This document shows positions 41,928 through 57,374 of a DNA stretch of 64,000 bases, piece by piece (positions within the stretch are counted from its first letter, which is position 1; every line of letters begins with the position of its first letter). Under the pieces are notes generated by a model that worked only from the letters and a program-made list of their open reading frames with translations, searched no databases and had not been told where the DNA came from. A program made the position numbers and the translations under genes. The DNA lies in assembly GCF_009914755.1 (NCBI RefSeq), contig NC_060942.1. The stretch is one strand, 5' to 3'. Source of the DNA: the human T2T-CHM13v2.0 reference genome, Homo sapiens.

Positions 41928-44280
41928 TAATTTTTAATAATAGCTGCTCACACAATAAGAACAAGGTGATAGTTAATTTCAGCCCAGCTAAACACTTCAA
42001 AGAGAACACTATTTATAATATAGTTTCCAGAGTTTCTTTATGTTGTTAGTGTTTTCAGAGCAAGAACCAATCAATTTTTACACCATTACATGCATTTGCA
42101 TAGCTCTATAGAAATATAATATTTATTCATATGAAATGTAAATAGGATATACAGGTATAAATAACTATAATACAAATGGCATAATTTTTAGTATAAGAGG
42201 CTAGCCTATATTCAAATCTACTTTTGTTCTGAATGGTTTCATGTATATATACAAAAATGTCAAATATCACTGAATAAATTATGATCACTGTATTTACCGG
42301 GATAAATTAAACGCATGGAGAGGACCTGAAAGATGATGCAGTATCTTTGTACATATGCAATATATAAGTGTTTACACATATAAACCTTTAAGAAAAATAT
42401 TATAATGTCTGTAAGCACAGACATCTGAGATAGAAATGGATTTGAACCTTGGCTCAACTATTTCCCCCTTGGTGACTTTGGGCAAGTTCTTATCAGAAAA
42501 TAGAGATGGCAGGTTTTTAACATGATGAGAAATGCATATAACAATTTGGCAGAATATCTGTTATTTAATCAGTGCTCAGTAAATGATCATTATGTCCACT
42601 TGCTTATTTTGAAGCTTAGTGTAGAAATAGAAAATAAATGCTAATCCAAGTGCTGATAACCTTAATAATCAGTGGGCTTAATCGAATTCAGGCTTTAGTC
42701 TGAGAAAATTTAATTAAATATAGTCATCCACTCATTTCCTTTCCCATATAACTCAATTTTGAAAGAAACTGATATTTTTGAGGAGATGGATTCTACTTTT
42801 CTTGAAAGCACTTGCTTTAGCCTCATAATGTGACTCAGAAAAGCAGAAATGATGCTAGGAAATATGAGTTGGGAAAGTGCAAATTTGGTGGGCCAAATGG
42901 AATTTCTGTGGGTGTAATGATTTTTAGAAACTGACAGCAAGCTGTCTAATACCATATTTCCATATTCATCCTCGAGTAGCATGAGCCACAAAATTCCTAG
43001 CAGCGAGCCTTCCTGGTTGGCTGGGTTATATCTTTGGGAAGCTTTATAGCTGAACTTTAAAATAAATCCACACAGTTTGGGGCTTTAAATTTCATTTTTG
43101 GAATATTAATCTAAGAGAACAACAGACATTTATTCTGTCCAAATGTGCTATTGGCCCTCTTAAAACCATGCTGCACAATTCTTCTGAGCATGATTGAGAA
43201 CCTTATATTGCCTTCTTGTCATCATAAGTTCCATGAAAGGCAGTAACTCCTTAATGGATATTTGTTCACCTGTCTCATCTATTCCAATAAAAAGCTGAAA
43301 TAAATACACACTTGAATTGCTCTAAGGATTTATTCACACAGAAATTATCTGCCAGGAAGTTAGTTATATCCATGAGACATTCATCTCTTCTCTGTGTGTA
43401 GTAGGCCACCAGATGGTAGCTCTCCACAGCTCTTGTGGGCTGTGAATTGGCACTAATTGAAACATCAAAACTCACTTCAAGTCTCCTATAGAAGAACTAC
43501 ATCCTCAGATCTCCAAACACTCTAAACCATGAATTTAGAGTGCACTGCATTATATGTTATTGTTTTTATTTTGGAAAAATCAATAATATATTCACAGAAA
43601 ATGTTACACGTGGGCTAGAAAAAAAGAATCCTTTAAATTTTATAATTTGCATTTTAAATACTTCTATCCTGATTCTAAATGGCATCAAATAGCATATTTT
43701 TTCAAGATTATATAAAACATCGCTGGTGACAAATTTTCACTCTAAGAAGGATATTATTTTCAATTGATTTGATTTCATTAAAGATGTACATAGACTTTTT
43801 TAATGACAGGAAGCTAAATTACTATTTGATTAGCTCCTGTATCATATTCATGGCCATGAGCTAGATAGACAAAAGCATACTTACACTGATAATAGCACTC
43901 AAACAACTAGTGCCCACTTTTATTCTTTTTCCAGTAAATATTTTATTTTGGTCAACTTACTAATAATAGGCAAAATACTATAATAAAGCCATGATTCAAT
44001 TAGCAAATATTTGTTGAAAATGTACATGTACTATCTATTGTGATAGTCTCACTGGAAAAACAAAAATGGCTGTAAAATAATTTCTGACAATTTGAAGCTT
44101 CTTTTCGGTGGCAAAAATCAGCATCAATGCAGACACAAAAAGAATTATTTCAGAAAAAATATGCTGTTATAATAGATTCACAAAAAAATAATTTTTCTTA
44201 GGAGGAATCAGGGAAAACACTGGAACATAATGAAAAATAAATACGGTTAGAACAGATGATGTTGAGGCAAAGGCATTTCA

Positions 44281-44643
<363 letters not shown>

Positions 44644-45373
44644 TTAATTGGTGACTTTACACTGATACAGTTTTCATTGGCATGGAATATTAATATCGAC
44701 ACCTTAATATTATAAAGAAATACACAGAACAATCATTTTTATCTTAAAATGAATTATTCTTTCTCAAAGCAAGTTCATTTTTACATTGCACAGTGTTTTC
44801 TCAGTTTAAAAAGATGGAGTTGAAAGTCAGATTACAAAGGGACCAAGGACTGAATGCTGAATGGCAACCAAGTAGGTCAGCAGAGGATGTGTTGACAACA
44901 CATGTGGAAAAACATCAGCAGGAAGAGATTAGATACTGTATAGCAAAAAAAAAAAAAAATACTGGTTAAGGGAACTCTGCTTTAGATTAATTGATTGGAC
45001 TTCTCAAAAACTTGATTTAAGAAAAAGATTAATTTTAACAGGAAAAATCACAGCATGGAAATTTCTGGGAGGCTAATGAGAATACTACAGTGAAAGTAGT
45101 TAAGAATATAAATTTTCAAACCTATCAAATTGCATTAAATATATGTGTAGGTTTTGGGGGTTTTTTGTATGTCCATTGTACCTCAATAAAGCCATTAAAA
45201 AGAGAATATAAACTGTGAAGTCCAACAGATCTGTGTTAAAATCCAAACTTTGGCTGTATAATCCCTGAAGAACAATTTAAATTATCTACTTCTCTGTTTT
45301 CTCATCTATATATTCAGGTTAATAATACCTACTTTAAAGTATTGCTTGTGAGTTAATTAAATAATGCATATTA

Positions 45374-45645
45374 TACCTGTAATCCCAGTGCCAAGGCAGG
45401 AAAAATCACTTAAGGCTAGGCATTTGATACCAGCCTGGGCAACATAGAGAGACCCTGATTCTACAAAAAAATAAATAAAAGTAGATTAGCCTGGCCTGGT
45501 GTTGTGCACCTATAGTCCTAGCTACTCCAGATGCCTAGGCGGGAGGATCGCTTCAGCCCAGGAGTTTGAAGCTGCAGTGAACTATGTTCATGCCATTGCA
45601 CTCAAGCCCAGTTGACAGAGAGACACCCTGTCTTAATAAAAAAAA
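45374..45645 (+). mobile_element. AluJ within a MIR
   Basis: J-type ggaggatcgcttcagcccaggagtttgaagctgcagtgaactatg. MIR text on both sides (~45200-45710). Confidence 0.9.
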
Positions 45646-46123
45646 TTTTTTTTAAGCATATTAAGTGCTTGGAATGGTGCTGGGACATATAAGCACTCAG
45701 AAAATTATAGTTATAAAAAATGATCATGGTTTACAAACTGGATAAGTGAAGAACTCATTAGTAAGAACAAATTATATGCTAAATATATCCGTAACTGGCT
45801 CCTCTCACACATCCAAAAGGATTGAAATGTTTTTTTGGTGAAGTGTGCTTTCAAAATTTAATTCTCACTATTTATTCAGTCTTTCCTTAGAAGGAACAGC
45901 CACGGCAGTAACTTACTCATACTGTATTTTGAGTGGTATTAGTTGTTTCAAATACGTTTTTAACAAATTAGTATGTAATGTATTTAGTGTCTACTGAGGT
46001 CCTAAAGGGAAATGAGTTGAACTACAAAACACATCACAAAGAGTCCAACAACTGATATCGAGGAATGTTTTTGGCTGGATTTCCTTGGAGCTTTCATGGG
46101 ATCTGAATCTTTCTCTCACTTAC

Positions 46124-46147
46124 CATCATTCTCCAGTAGCCTGCACA
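46124..46147 (-). other. Candidate microexon (24 nt, or 17 nt from 46140)
   Basis: Minus strand reads caaccactgtag|TGTGCAG|GCTACTGGAGAATGATG|gtaagtga, with ~45 nt of AG-free sequence upstream. Confidence 0.25.
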
Positions 46148-46864
46148 CTACAGTGGTTGTCAACAGTTATTGCATCATATTGAAGATATAGCCATCTCAT
46201 AGCAGTCCCGCCATTCTGACAATAGTTAGAATGTTATATTCAAAAGATGTGTGAAAATGGAGATGCTTTAGGAAGTGCCAATTTTAAAAAGTTGAGTGAT
46301 TTGTGACAGCAAAGAATCAAAATGTTTGCATTCCACATCTTCAAACTGAAAAAAAAATCATGCCAATGAGCAGAAGTGAAAAGAACAACACATTAATTTG
46401 AACAAGTTTATTTAATAGAAATGTAGAATATTGTTAGACTTCAGAGAAAAAAATCAAAAGTGTACTCCATAACACATCGATCAATTTTACATCCTATACA
46501 AAACTTTTCCCTTCATTTTGACTTGCATATATGGCACAGTCAGAGTATTTCTCATAATAAAACTGGTACAGAAAATTAGTACTTCAGAAAAACCAAAGAA
46601 CATTTCAAAGGCAGTGTGGGTAGAGGGCAAGAAAGTCTGATCGTCTTGTCTGTAATCCCAATACTACCCTTTCCATTGACTACTACGGTCTTTCAAATCA
46701 TAACAAGAACTGGAAGATTATGGTAAATACCAATCTAAGGAAGAGTTGCCAGAGTGTTAAACGTGTTCAGAGAGAGCATGCATTTATAGAGAATCCAAGC
46801 AGAATTCATAAGTTGATATGAAATATTGGAACCGAACTTTAAAGAGTAAGTGTAATTTTTCAGT

Positions 46865-47640
46865 TACTTTATTTTTTTACTGTAAAATACATCTAATATA
46901 TAAAAGTGTGTGTGTTTACACTGACATAGTGTATCTCTGTAATTTGAAGAGTAAGAATTAGCATTCATGAGCCCACCATCTTTCTTAGGAAATTAAACAC
47001 TATCATTACCTTCAAATGCCTCTGTATTTCCTTTTTCAGTCCCATCTCCCTCAGAAGTAACCACTGCTCCTAAATTAGGGGCTAGATCATTCTCTTGCAT
47101 TTCTTTGTACTTTTACCAAATATATATGTGTCACCAAGTGATATATAACCTTTGTTTTGTTTAGCTTTGTATCTGTAAGTAAATAAAATACAATAATACT
47201 ATCAGTATTTTTCTAAGACTTGCTTTTTTTGCTCAATATTGAAGTTTGTGATTTAAGCATGTTGATTCATGTTACTGTAATTAATTTGTTTTCACTAGCA
47301 TGTAACATGCCATTATATAAATATGCCTCAATATTTATTTATATACTCTTTAGCCAGTAGACTTTGTAGTTATTTTCTAGTGATTTTCTATTACAGTCAG
47401 TGTTATGATAAACATTTCTAGGCCATCTCTTGGTACACTCATACAAGAAGGTTTTCTTTTAAGGCAATGTATGAGAATTGGAATTACTCAGTCCAAGAAT
47501 ATATAAACCTTCAGTTTGAATAGATAATACCAATTTATTTTCCAAGTTGGTTGTACTAATTTACATACCTACAAGTAATAGACAACAGATCTTGTTAACC
47601 CAAACCCCTTACAAAATTTGGAATTTGTTTTAATTTTTAC
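46865..47640 (-). mobile_element. L1ME-type 3' fragment
   Basis: cagaagtaaccactgctcc...catgttgattcatgt...ggaattactcagtc...ccaagttggttgtactaatttacat. Confidence 0.75.
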
Positions 47641-50571
47641 CACATGGATCTATCCTCTCAAACAGATTCACATATCTATCAAGCAAAAGAACTAAAATTT
47701 ACATGATCATAAAATTCTAGTCCTGGCGAATGAACTTTTTTTGTTTATGACTATAACTTTTGTTTAGAAGGAACTTGTAATGACATGCACTCAAATGTAC
47801 TCTGTAATTTTAACTAGCAACTAGAATTTTAAGTAGTCATTCCTCTGCTACTTTTTCTAATTAAGGAGAAAAAAATAGCAGATGATAGTAGAAGAACACA
47901 GAGAAGTCCAAAAATCATTTATATTTGCTCACACACATGTGCAATCTTACCATATCATAACAAATGCATATTTACACACCTCTTCTATGCCTGGCTTTTC
48001 TTACGCTTTACAGCTTGTATTCTGTCCCTGGGGAAGCTCAACACACTTTTAATTCCTCTGATAACTAGATGTGACACACTAATGGACTTAATAATTTGAT
48101 AAGAACAATAAGATTGTGTGACAAATTAATAGTGTTTATAGACTTGCATATGAGAGACATGTCAGAGTATTAGATTGACTTTTCAATTCTATTTACTATC
48201 AGGGAGGAATAAATGGAATTGTCAAAATCACAGAGATTTTATAAATTTTATGTTTCTAGCAGCCCAATTTACTCTTGAGGAAATCAGATATAAGATGTTT
48301 ATTGATTACAGTGAACCACTGAATATCTTAAGGAATTATGGGGTTTGCATATTAAGAAGTTAAGGAAATAGTTATTAATTTAAAATAGATTGAATTTATT
48401 TTCCATGGCGATGTCTGCTTTATAGGCTTTTGTTTTGATGTAATGTAAAGAGAGAACAACTATTTAAGCTTTTTAATCCTTTTTCTCTCTTTGTACAATG
48501 ATTTTTTTAATGATGTTCAATATTCTTTAAGCACTTCAATGGAACAATTTGCATAAATGCCTGTATTACTCACATTACTTCAATGTGTCTTTCTTGGCTC
48601 TCATTGACAAAAATCTACAGACAGAATCTATATAAATCTATAATATCCTTTCATCATTAACACCATTTCCTCTAGATTAAGCTCCATGAAAATACTAATA
48701 TACCTTAATATGGGTCCATGAAAAGGGCTAGTAGTGATGATCCTGAATATGTGACCAGTGCGTGTACCAAGCTGATTGAACCATTTTTTTTAACAATCGC
48801 TTTTTAGTTCGGTGTAAGGAAGGAAAGAGCCTGCTTTTTCACACAATGCCAAACCTTGAATAGTTCCAATTTCAGCCTAATCACACTTTCCTTAAAATTT
48901 CACTCTGTCTGAATAATGAAAAAGAGTGATATGAAAATTGTATGAAACTAGCATGCCCCAGGACAGGTAGAGTGGGATGTAATTACATATGCTTCAACAG
49001 CTGGAGCAATGTGCTGTAAGAAAGGCTTTTAAGGTGACAGAAGTTAATTGCACAGGTTTTTGGGCAGAAGAAAATGTATGTGAAGAAGCAAAGGGGAAGG
49101 ACACAAACCCAGAGAGGGTTTCAGATTTAGAAATCTGAGAGAAAAAGGATATTTTTGAATTAGAAATGGACATAAAAAGATAAATGGTGAGCTACTTTTT
49201 CCTACAGAAGAAATAAAAAGGCAAATCTTGGCTGGGTGGAAAGCGCTGTATTTCTAGCTAGGCTCCCAAGCATAAAGCTTTTTATGATGTACCTGCATAT
49301 AAAATAGGACAGCCTCCCATAAACCAGGCTGTGATATTCCCCAGTGACAGTGGTCCACAAGGCAGCTCAGTAAAAAACTAGCACATTTTCCTGCAATATC
49401 TGTAATGACAGTGGCGTCTATCTTGGGCTACAGATGGTGGGGCCATAAAAACCATGATGCGTTCAGTCTTGTGTCCAGCTGAAAAACACAAAGCTTTTGA
49501 AAGAGACCCTTCGGGTGGCATTTCTCTAATGAAGCCTGAATCACTTTTTGCAAGCTGTGTGAGTTTATCACAAAGAAGAGAAAGGGACTGTGTATGATGG
49601 TAGGAGTCACAATGAAAATAAAAGTTTCAAGAGGAAAAATGCAGTAAGTTGTGTTATCAATTTCAGTCTTATCCATCTTCCCCAGAGAGCTACCTTTTTG
49701 TAGAGTTAGCTGGACATGAGCTACTCTGCTCACTCCCGCTGGGTGTACAATAAACACAATACCTTACATACATATTCCTCGATTTCTGAATGTTTTCAGG
49801 AAGAATGCATGCTAAATCACCTGAAAAAGAATCCTCCTGGATTTTGTATAATGGAGCTCTCCTCTACAAATGAGGAGAGGTATAGAAGTATTTTTAATAT
49901 GCCTGATATTGTGAATTCCAACATTTGCTAAAGGATATTACCACTACTTCCTTAATTGATACTAATAAATTAATTGCATGGCACTAAAATACTAAAGACT
50001 GAGGCTTGCTCAGATAGTAAATGTTTATTTTAAATTTTAATGCATAATTCAAATATACAAATTTAATTGCTTATTCTTCTCTCATTCTTTGGACACTTCA
50101 CTTGGATTAGCTAAATGTGTTTTGAAGACATGTCTTCAGTTTTCTGAAAATGTCAAAATCTTTTCTAAGCTAGAATGTAAACACAAATACTAAATCATTT
50201 ACTAAATATCTGTCAGCAATTTACAATCCCATAACCTCATTTCGAGTTAAAATCTCTTAATGCTCTATCATTCTCCCCAGGGGAGATCAGCTTGAAATTC
50301 TCAAGGCAAATACAAATTTCTTCCCCAGATTTAACTTAATCCTGATTTCTCATTAGAAGGGTTATTTAGAGTAAAATGATGTAATCTTTCTCATTACAGA
50401 CAGCTGTGTTTATCAGTCTCCAGACATATTAAAGGTATGGATATATTCATTTACAATTTTTAGAAAATCATAAATCAATTTCAGTCATTATGTTTTTCTA
50501 TGTCTTTTGTATACCTTTGCATAATAAACTTCACCTAATTTTGGATTTGGGCAATTTCACCTTCATCTTAC

Positions 50572-50584
50572 CAGTCTTTTGTTA
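50572..50584 (-). other. Candidate 13-nt microexon (TAACAAAAGACTG)
   Basis: Minus strand reads tgcttttcttcctaaacatcctgtttctttaaag|TAACAAAAGACTG|gtaaga. Strong pyrimidine tract and ~50 nt AG-free. Confidence 0.25.
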
Positions 50585-53107
50585 CTTTAAAGAAACAGGA
50601 TGTTTAGGAAGAAAAGCATAATGTGGATTTTACATGTCCTTAAAGTGTTTTTAATGCATGAATCTACACATATATGTACAAAATGAAAAGTATCATACTG
50701 TGTTTATGCATAATACACTCAACCATTTGAGAGATTCACAGAAGTGCATGGTTAAAGGGAGTTAAATATCATCATGAAACTACCCCCAGTCTCCAGGCAA
50801 AATTGTCCTTTAGTCACACCAGTAGAAAATTTTGAAAAAGTTTTCAAGGCCTCCAAAGAAATTTACTCGTTGATCTATCTCCAAAGACTCTTCCTGATAT
50901 GTATATTAAATCTAGAATATTGTAAAAGATATTTTCTGTATTTTTTTGTTACTGATAAGGAGTAATGAACTACACTTTTAGATTAGTAATCTTTCTTAGG
51001 CCAAATACCTTGCAAATTGGACCTGAGACCAGTTACATCCTCGTATCTATCAGTGTTGATTGCCAGCTCAGTTCCAGAACGTACATGAGCAGAGAACCAA
51101 TTAGAAAACAAACTCACATCTCCTGTGCCTTCAGGGAAGCAGGGAATATTCTCTCTTCATCCCTACCCTGCTTTGACAGCAAGAGAGAGTTTATAGCAGA
51201 TAGCTTCCCATCACATACAGACAAGAATAAGCTAAGTGTTGCTTTGTTATGTCGATCTTATTTTTAACCCCTATATCATATCTATGATTCTAGAATAAAT
51301 TCTCTAATATTTCATCAGTTGCTAATATTTAAATATATGTAGAACTAGTTCAGAGTACAGAGATATAGAGAGATAGTTCTTACTTTTTATTTGATATTAT
51401 TCAAGATTATTAAAAAACACACAAAGAATAACAACAAAAACTCTGTACCTTACTTTTTTATGGTAGGCAAAGTTGAATACATTTTTTTAAACAAGCAAAG
51501 TGGTTATTTACTAAACAACTCTTTCTTGAACACATATTGAGACATGGCCACATGACCATGATTGTTGGAAACATTTGGGGTTTACCAAGGAAAGAGAAAA
51601 AGACAATGCCATTGCTGTTCTCTAGAAACATACATTCTATGAAATGATACAAAATTAAGTACAGGAAGCTGTCATAATTATATGTACATACATCATACAT
51701 ACATGTGTATGTGGTGTGTGTATGTGTACACACACACCAAAGGATATGGCATTCAAAAGTGACCTAATATTTAGGCTAGACATTTATTTGGATAAGAGTC
51801 ATGAATGGAATAGAGAAAACTTTTAACAAAGGAATAACAAAAATTAATTTGAAAACAAAAGGTAGAAAAGAATTGAGTTATCTAAATTACTTATCCAAAC
51901 TCTCTTCTTACTCCAAGCTCCAAGGCCATTTTGTTAGTAATGAGTAGTTTAAAGTTTTAGATGGTATCTTCCACCAGAGATATATATGTTTGATAAAAGG
52001 AGAGACAAAATAAGAATGAAAAGGAAACTCCTCCTATACTGACACATTAACAACAAAAACTGTAGTAAGTCCAACCCACTCTTTGTCTCTTTGCACCAAT
52101 TGTAAAAAAAATTAAAATTTTTAAATGACTTTAAAACAATTTTAAAAACAATGTCCATTTTTATTTGTGAATGATTGTAAATCAGCTTATTTTCCAACTA
52201 CAGAAGGTTTTCCTTGATATATGATAAGCCATTTATTTATCCTACTAAAACCCAAAAATATTCAGCTGAATGTTTGCAAGACATTTAAATAACACATGAG
52301 TAAATATTGTGAATTCATTTCTAAATTTAGAAAATCTCTAGCAAACTTTCTGGTTAAAGCATGAGAGGCCTTTCATGCTAGACAATGTAATCATTGCTGA
52401 ACTAGCTCATGAGGGTGAACACACAAGCAAGCCACAGGGTTACTTCGTCATAGGACTAAGAGTTGAAAAGACAGTCATACACATCTTAAAGTATAAATAG
52501 AAAGCATGCTGCAGCCTTGCATTCGTGTGCACCGGTTAATGATGCTGGTACTCATAGAATCTGCAGTCTTGCAGAGCCATATAGAACAGCCTAGAGCTAT
52601 ATTCCCTACTCCTTACCTGATTTTTCTGGACTTAATAACGTGCTTTCCTAGAATCACACTATTTTATGGCCTTTCCCTGGCCAATCAGACTGATCATTAC
52701 TCTCGTTGGTCAGTCCTGTCCTATTGACCCCTAGGCCTTCCGCATAATAAAAAGACTTTTCACCTTCACCCAGAGCTTTCCACAAGTCCTTCGTTCCTCC
52801 AAACCCTTTCAGTTATGAATAAACAAGGCAGTGATGGGCTCATCCAAAAGGTAATGAGCACAGTAGAATTCAATGGTCACCAAAGAGCAAACAGAAAGTT
52901 AGTCTCTGGGCTAAAGGGGGTAGTTGGAAAGACATACATTTAAATTTTGAAATAATGTTTTCCTTGGATCTTCAGCAAAATCAATGTTTTAGTGAGTAAC
53001 TGGTGGAAATATATGTGGGGAGGGAGGAGAGAGAATATTTGTATATATTTATATTTGTTTATATGTGTTTATGATGTTTAGGGTTTATAGAATAATTAGG
53101 GTTGTAG

Positions 53108-53240
53108 TCACAGTGAACATTTATCTTGGTTTGCCAGGGACAGTTGTGAATTTTGCCTTTTCCTGGTATAACTATTAATAGCACTTTTATTACTCTTAAA
53201 AGTGTCCCAGTTTGGATGATAAGTCTCCTGATCACCCTCT
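53108..53240 (-). mobile_element. hAT-Blackjack MITE (MER94/MER81-like)
   Basis: ggtttgccagggacag...tattaatagcac...aaaagtgtcccagtttggatgataa...tcaccct. Confidence 0.7.
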
Positions 53241-53797
53241 CTATAGTCAGAGAAATCATCACGGTGAGCATGAGTTATAAATAAAGTTCTGAGAGCAGAG
53301 TGTTATGATTTGCGGAGAGCAACGAGCCAGCTATTCAGCTGTGAAATGATGGGAGAGTAAGATCCGAGGTGGAGGCGCTGAGTTTTGTGTGGGTGAGAGT
53401 GAATATATTTGCTTTTAGGGAGCACAGTGTTTGACTTTAAATGTTACAAAAAAATGAGATCAACTAAGCAGAGAAAATCCCCGTGATTAAGAATTCTGAA
53501 GCCTGTAATTTAGAATTCTAATTAGACTTTAGCCAGTAGTCATTTCCCTTCTCAGAAGAGGAGCTTTGCTGTCCAATTTATATTGAAGGATTCTTGTTGC
53601 TTCAGAAAGTCTCAATTGAAGGCGAGAGATACCGAAATCAGCAGAAGTGGCTGTTGTACTGCTCTAGACATAGTGTGGATAATGTATGGACCACATTTGT
53701 GCCTATGCAAATTAAGAAAAAGCAAAAAGCAAGCAATCAACATCTTAGCTATAGACACTGTGAGAGTGAGATAAAAACAGTAATCCCTCTCAAAAAA

Positions 53798-53832
53798 CAT
53801 ACATACATACACACACACACTCGCACACACAC
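53798..53832. repeat. (CATA)n(CA)n microsatellite
   Basis: catacatacatacacacacacactcgcacacacac. Confidence 0.85.
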
Positions 53833-54544
53833 TCATTCCATTTACTCCTAGAGTATGAAGAGAAAAGCAGCCCAAATGCCAATTAATATTACACACCAAG
53901 ATTTTAAATTTAAATGAATTCCATTTTTATATTGACTTTTCTCCTACTTATGTCTCATTAAATGAAATAAAAGCAATATTTTAAGCAGATGGCATTTATT
54001 TATTCAGATTATTCATTTATTTGTTATACACTTAAGTCTAACAAGTTTTAATGAGCAAAATAAAATAAAATAAACCTGAGTTGTTCTTTCCTGTGCCCTT
54101 GACTGGAGATGTTACATCTGTCAGAGCCATTCAGATCAATGCTTGTTGCCCACATGCTAAGTTCCCAAGGAGCTGTATGATTGCTAATAAATGCGTGTAA
54201 CTCACATAAACAATCACACTGCCCATGAGCACTCACATGATGGCTTCATAGCACTTTTTCTGTTTGTTTTTCCCAGTCCTCTTCCAGGCACTGCCTAGAG
54301 AAGACCATTCTTGACCTGGGTCCACATGAGGCATGTAAAAAGTTCTCAGGTGCATGAGAGAAAGTCCAGGCCTGAGCACCCAGTGTGTAGTGGAAATGAA
54401 GGTCAGAAGTTGTGAGGAAAGGCCTCTTATTCCTTTAGTCTGAGTCACTGCCCTTGTCTCAACTCCCAAGAAGGATGAGGAGAAGGACGGGATTCAAGGC
54501 CTCTTTGTTAGGCTTGCTAGCTATATTCTCCTTAATGAAAAAAA

Positions 54545-54695
54545 AATATGCTACATATATGTCTAAATGTATAACGTTAAATATATGTATAAAATTACAT
54601 ATATATGTAAATTATCACATCTATAATGCATATATATGTAAATTTTACATATACATATGTATGTAATTTTTAATTATGTGTGTGTATGTGTGTGT
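54545..54695. repeat. TA/TG-rich low-complexity tract
   Basis: Alternating purine-pyrimidine AT-rich run. Confidence 0.7.
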
Positions 54696-55089
54696 CCACC
54701 TTCAAATAATACCTCTTCCAACCGTTTTTCCAGGAAGGTATTGAGCAGGCAGACTTCTATCATGAGTATCAGAATTCCAAGTTTCCAGGACAGGAATTTG
54801 TTTTCGCAATCAACACAATGATTTCACGGGACCTACTGGACCCTCCAAGGGCTGTATATGTAAGTCTGTAAACAGTGAGAATTGCTCCTCCACTTTTTAT
54901 TGGCTGTAACTACTCATTTTTTCAAGTTCTTTCTAGTGGTGAAAGTTCTCTCTGCTTCTTAGAGGAAGTTATTTAAGTTTTCTGATTTTTCTACTTTCTC
55001 CAGGTCCTCCCTGTATATAGAAGCAACTTAGAGTGGTATTTACCATACAATCTGGCAGTTGCACTTTATGGTATATATAGTCAAAAGAG

Positions 55090-55775
55090 GACTATATATA
55101 TCATAAAGAGTATTTTTGTGTAAATATGTTTACACAAAAACCTACACACAGATGTTTATAGCAGCTTTATTTCAAATTGACAAAACTTTAAAGTAACCAA
55201 GATATCCTTTAGCAGGTGAATGGATACAAAAACTGTGATATATCCAGAAAACAGAATATTATTCAACACTAAAAGGAAATTAGCTATCAAGAATGAGCTA
55301 TCAAATTATGAAAAGACACAAAGGAAATGTAAATGTATATTTATAAGTAAGAGAAGCCAATCTGAAAAGACTACATACTGTATGATTCCAACTATATGAC
55401 ATTCTGGAAAAGGCAGAACTACGGAGACCATGAAAAGATCAGTGGTTGCCACGGGTTGCAGTGGGGAAAACAGAGGAAGGATGAATAGGTGGAGCACAGA
55501 GGATTTTTAGGGCAGTGAAACTACGCTGTATGCTACTCTAGCAATGGATACATGTCATTATACATTTGTCCAAACCCACAGGATGTACCCCACCAAGAGT
55601 AACCTTAATGTTAGCTATGGACTTTGGATGATAATGATGTGTCAATGTCAATGTATCTTCATCAATTGTAAAATGTACCACTTTAGTGGGGAATGTTGGT
55701 AACCAGAGAGAGGTTGTAGGGGTAGGGGGTATAGAAAAAAATCTTCGTTGTAAACCTAAAATTGCTGTAAAAATA
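55090..55775 (+). mobile_element. L1MC-type 3' end
   Basis: cacaaaaacctacacacagatgtttatagcagc...gccaatctgaaaagactacatactgtatg...ctatggactttgg. Confidence 0.88.
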
Positions 55776-56396
55776 GTTGGCAAACCATTTTAAAAATTCA
55801 AGCTCCATTAAAAAGTAAACTATTAAAAATAACTAACGAAAAGAATTCAAATTCTTTTCAACTCAGGGAAAGAAACAATTTACTAACCTTAGAAGGGATA
55901 GAAAGAAATCACAAAGGTTATGTTCTGCAAATTTGCCTACATAGCTATTACAACATATGTACATTAATTCTATAAAATTAGAAGGCAAGCAAAAGATCAA
56001 AAATATATTTAAAACAAATATAAAATCAAATGGTTAAATACTTTATTTGAATCCATATTGATAACTAAAAATACTAAAACAAATAAATGGATAATTAACA
56101 AAAGTAACTTAAAAAGTCAATTTATAAAATAGAAAATACAGTTTTTTAACAAATATATGAAAGCAGTTCAATTTCGTTTGCACTCAAAGAAACAAAAATT
56201 AAGACAATAATTATGAGTAGTGTAAACAAAATGATAACTTTTGATAGTGAAAGAAAAATATAACTATATATGGTTGGTGACATTTTTAAATTGGTAAAAA
56301 TTTGGAAAAATATACAAATGTAAAGTACTCATATCCTTTCATATATAGCAATCCTATTTCTAGGAGAGTAGCTCAAGGAAATGACTCTAAATGTGG

Positions 56397-56560
56397 AAAA
56401 ATCCTCTGTGCTCCACCCATTTAGCCTTCCTCTGTTTCCCCCACTGCAACCCATGGAAACCACTGCTCTTTTCACTGTCTCCATAGTTTTGCCTTTTCTA
56501 GAGTGTTACATAGTTGGAATCATACAGTATGTAGTCTTTTCAGATTGGCCTCTTATACTT
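56397..56560 (-). repeat. Inverted copy of 55345-55508
   Basis: The reverse complement aligns along ~164 bp with scattered mismatches. Confidence 0.85.
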
Positions 56561-57114
56561 GTCATAGCATTGCTTTCCAAACTACATTCAAATGTCATTG
56601 TGTCCCACATGGGGAGTTTGCTTAAACATATTTACTTGATAAAATATCCCTTCATTTAAAACAGGTTTGGGGAATGGAATGGTACATAACTTCACTCTAC
56701 CTAAGCTTCAGTAATGTTTAGTGAACTTTACGATGAGTGTAGATAAATGAGTGGAAATTTGCAAAACAAAAACCAAAATGTTGAGATGGCTCAAAAACAT
56801 GAGGGGCACATGAAAGAACTTAAAAAGTGGGCTACATAACCTTTAAGGATACTTCTACCTTTAAAATTTTCTTACTCAATTTTTAATAGTTTATACTTTC
56901 AGAAAGATGGGACCATATTCCAATATGTATTACATTCAGAAAGCAACAGATCATGAACAAATTTTGAAAGTCAATCAGAAAATTGCAGAAAACCCTAGAG
57001 AGCAAAGAACTCTCTTTCTTCAACAAATGATAATGGTAGGACAGAGCGGGGAGAGGAAGGCACTGGGGAAGGGGAGTGGTAGAGGAAGAAGTTGACTTTC
57101 TAGTTTAAAAGACA

Positions 57115-57327
57115 TAAAGACGTATCATAGTAACCCAAACAGCATAATACGGGGCATAAAAACAGACATATAGACCAATGAACAGGAATAAATCCACATA
57201 CATTTGTAGCCAATTCATTAAAAAATGGCAACAAGGACATGCATTGGGGAAAAGACAGTGTCTCCAATAAATAATAGTGCTCGGAAAATGGAATATCCAT
57301 AAGTAGAAGAATGAAACTAGACCCCTA

Positions 57328-57374
<47 letters not shown>

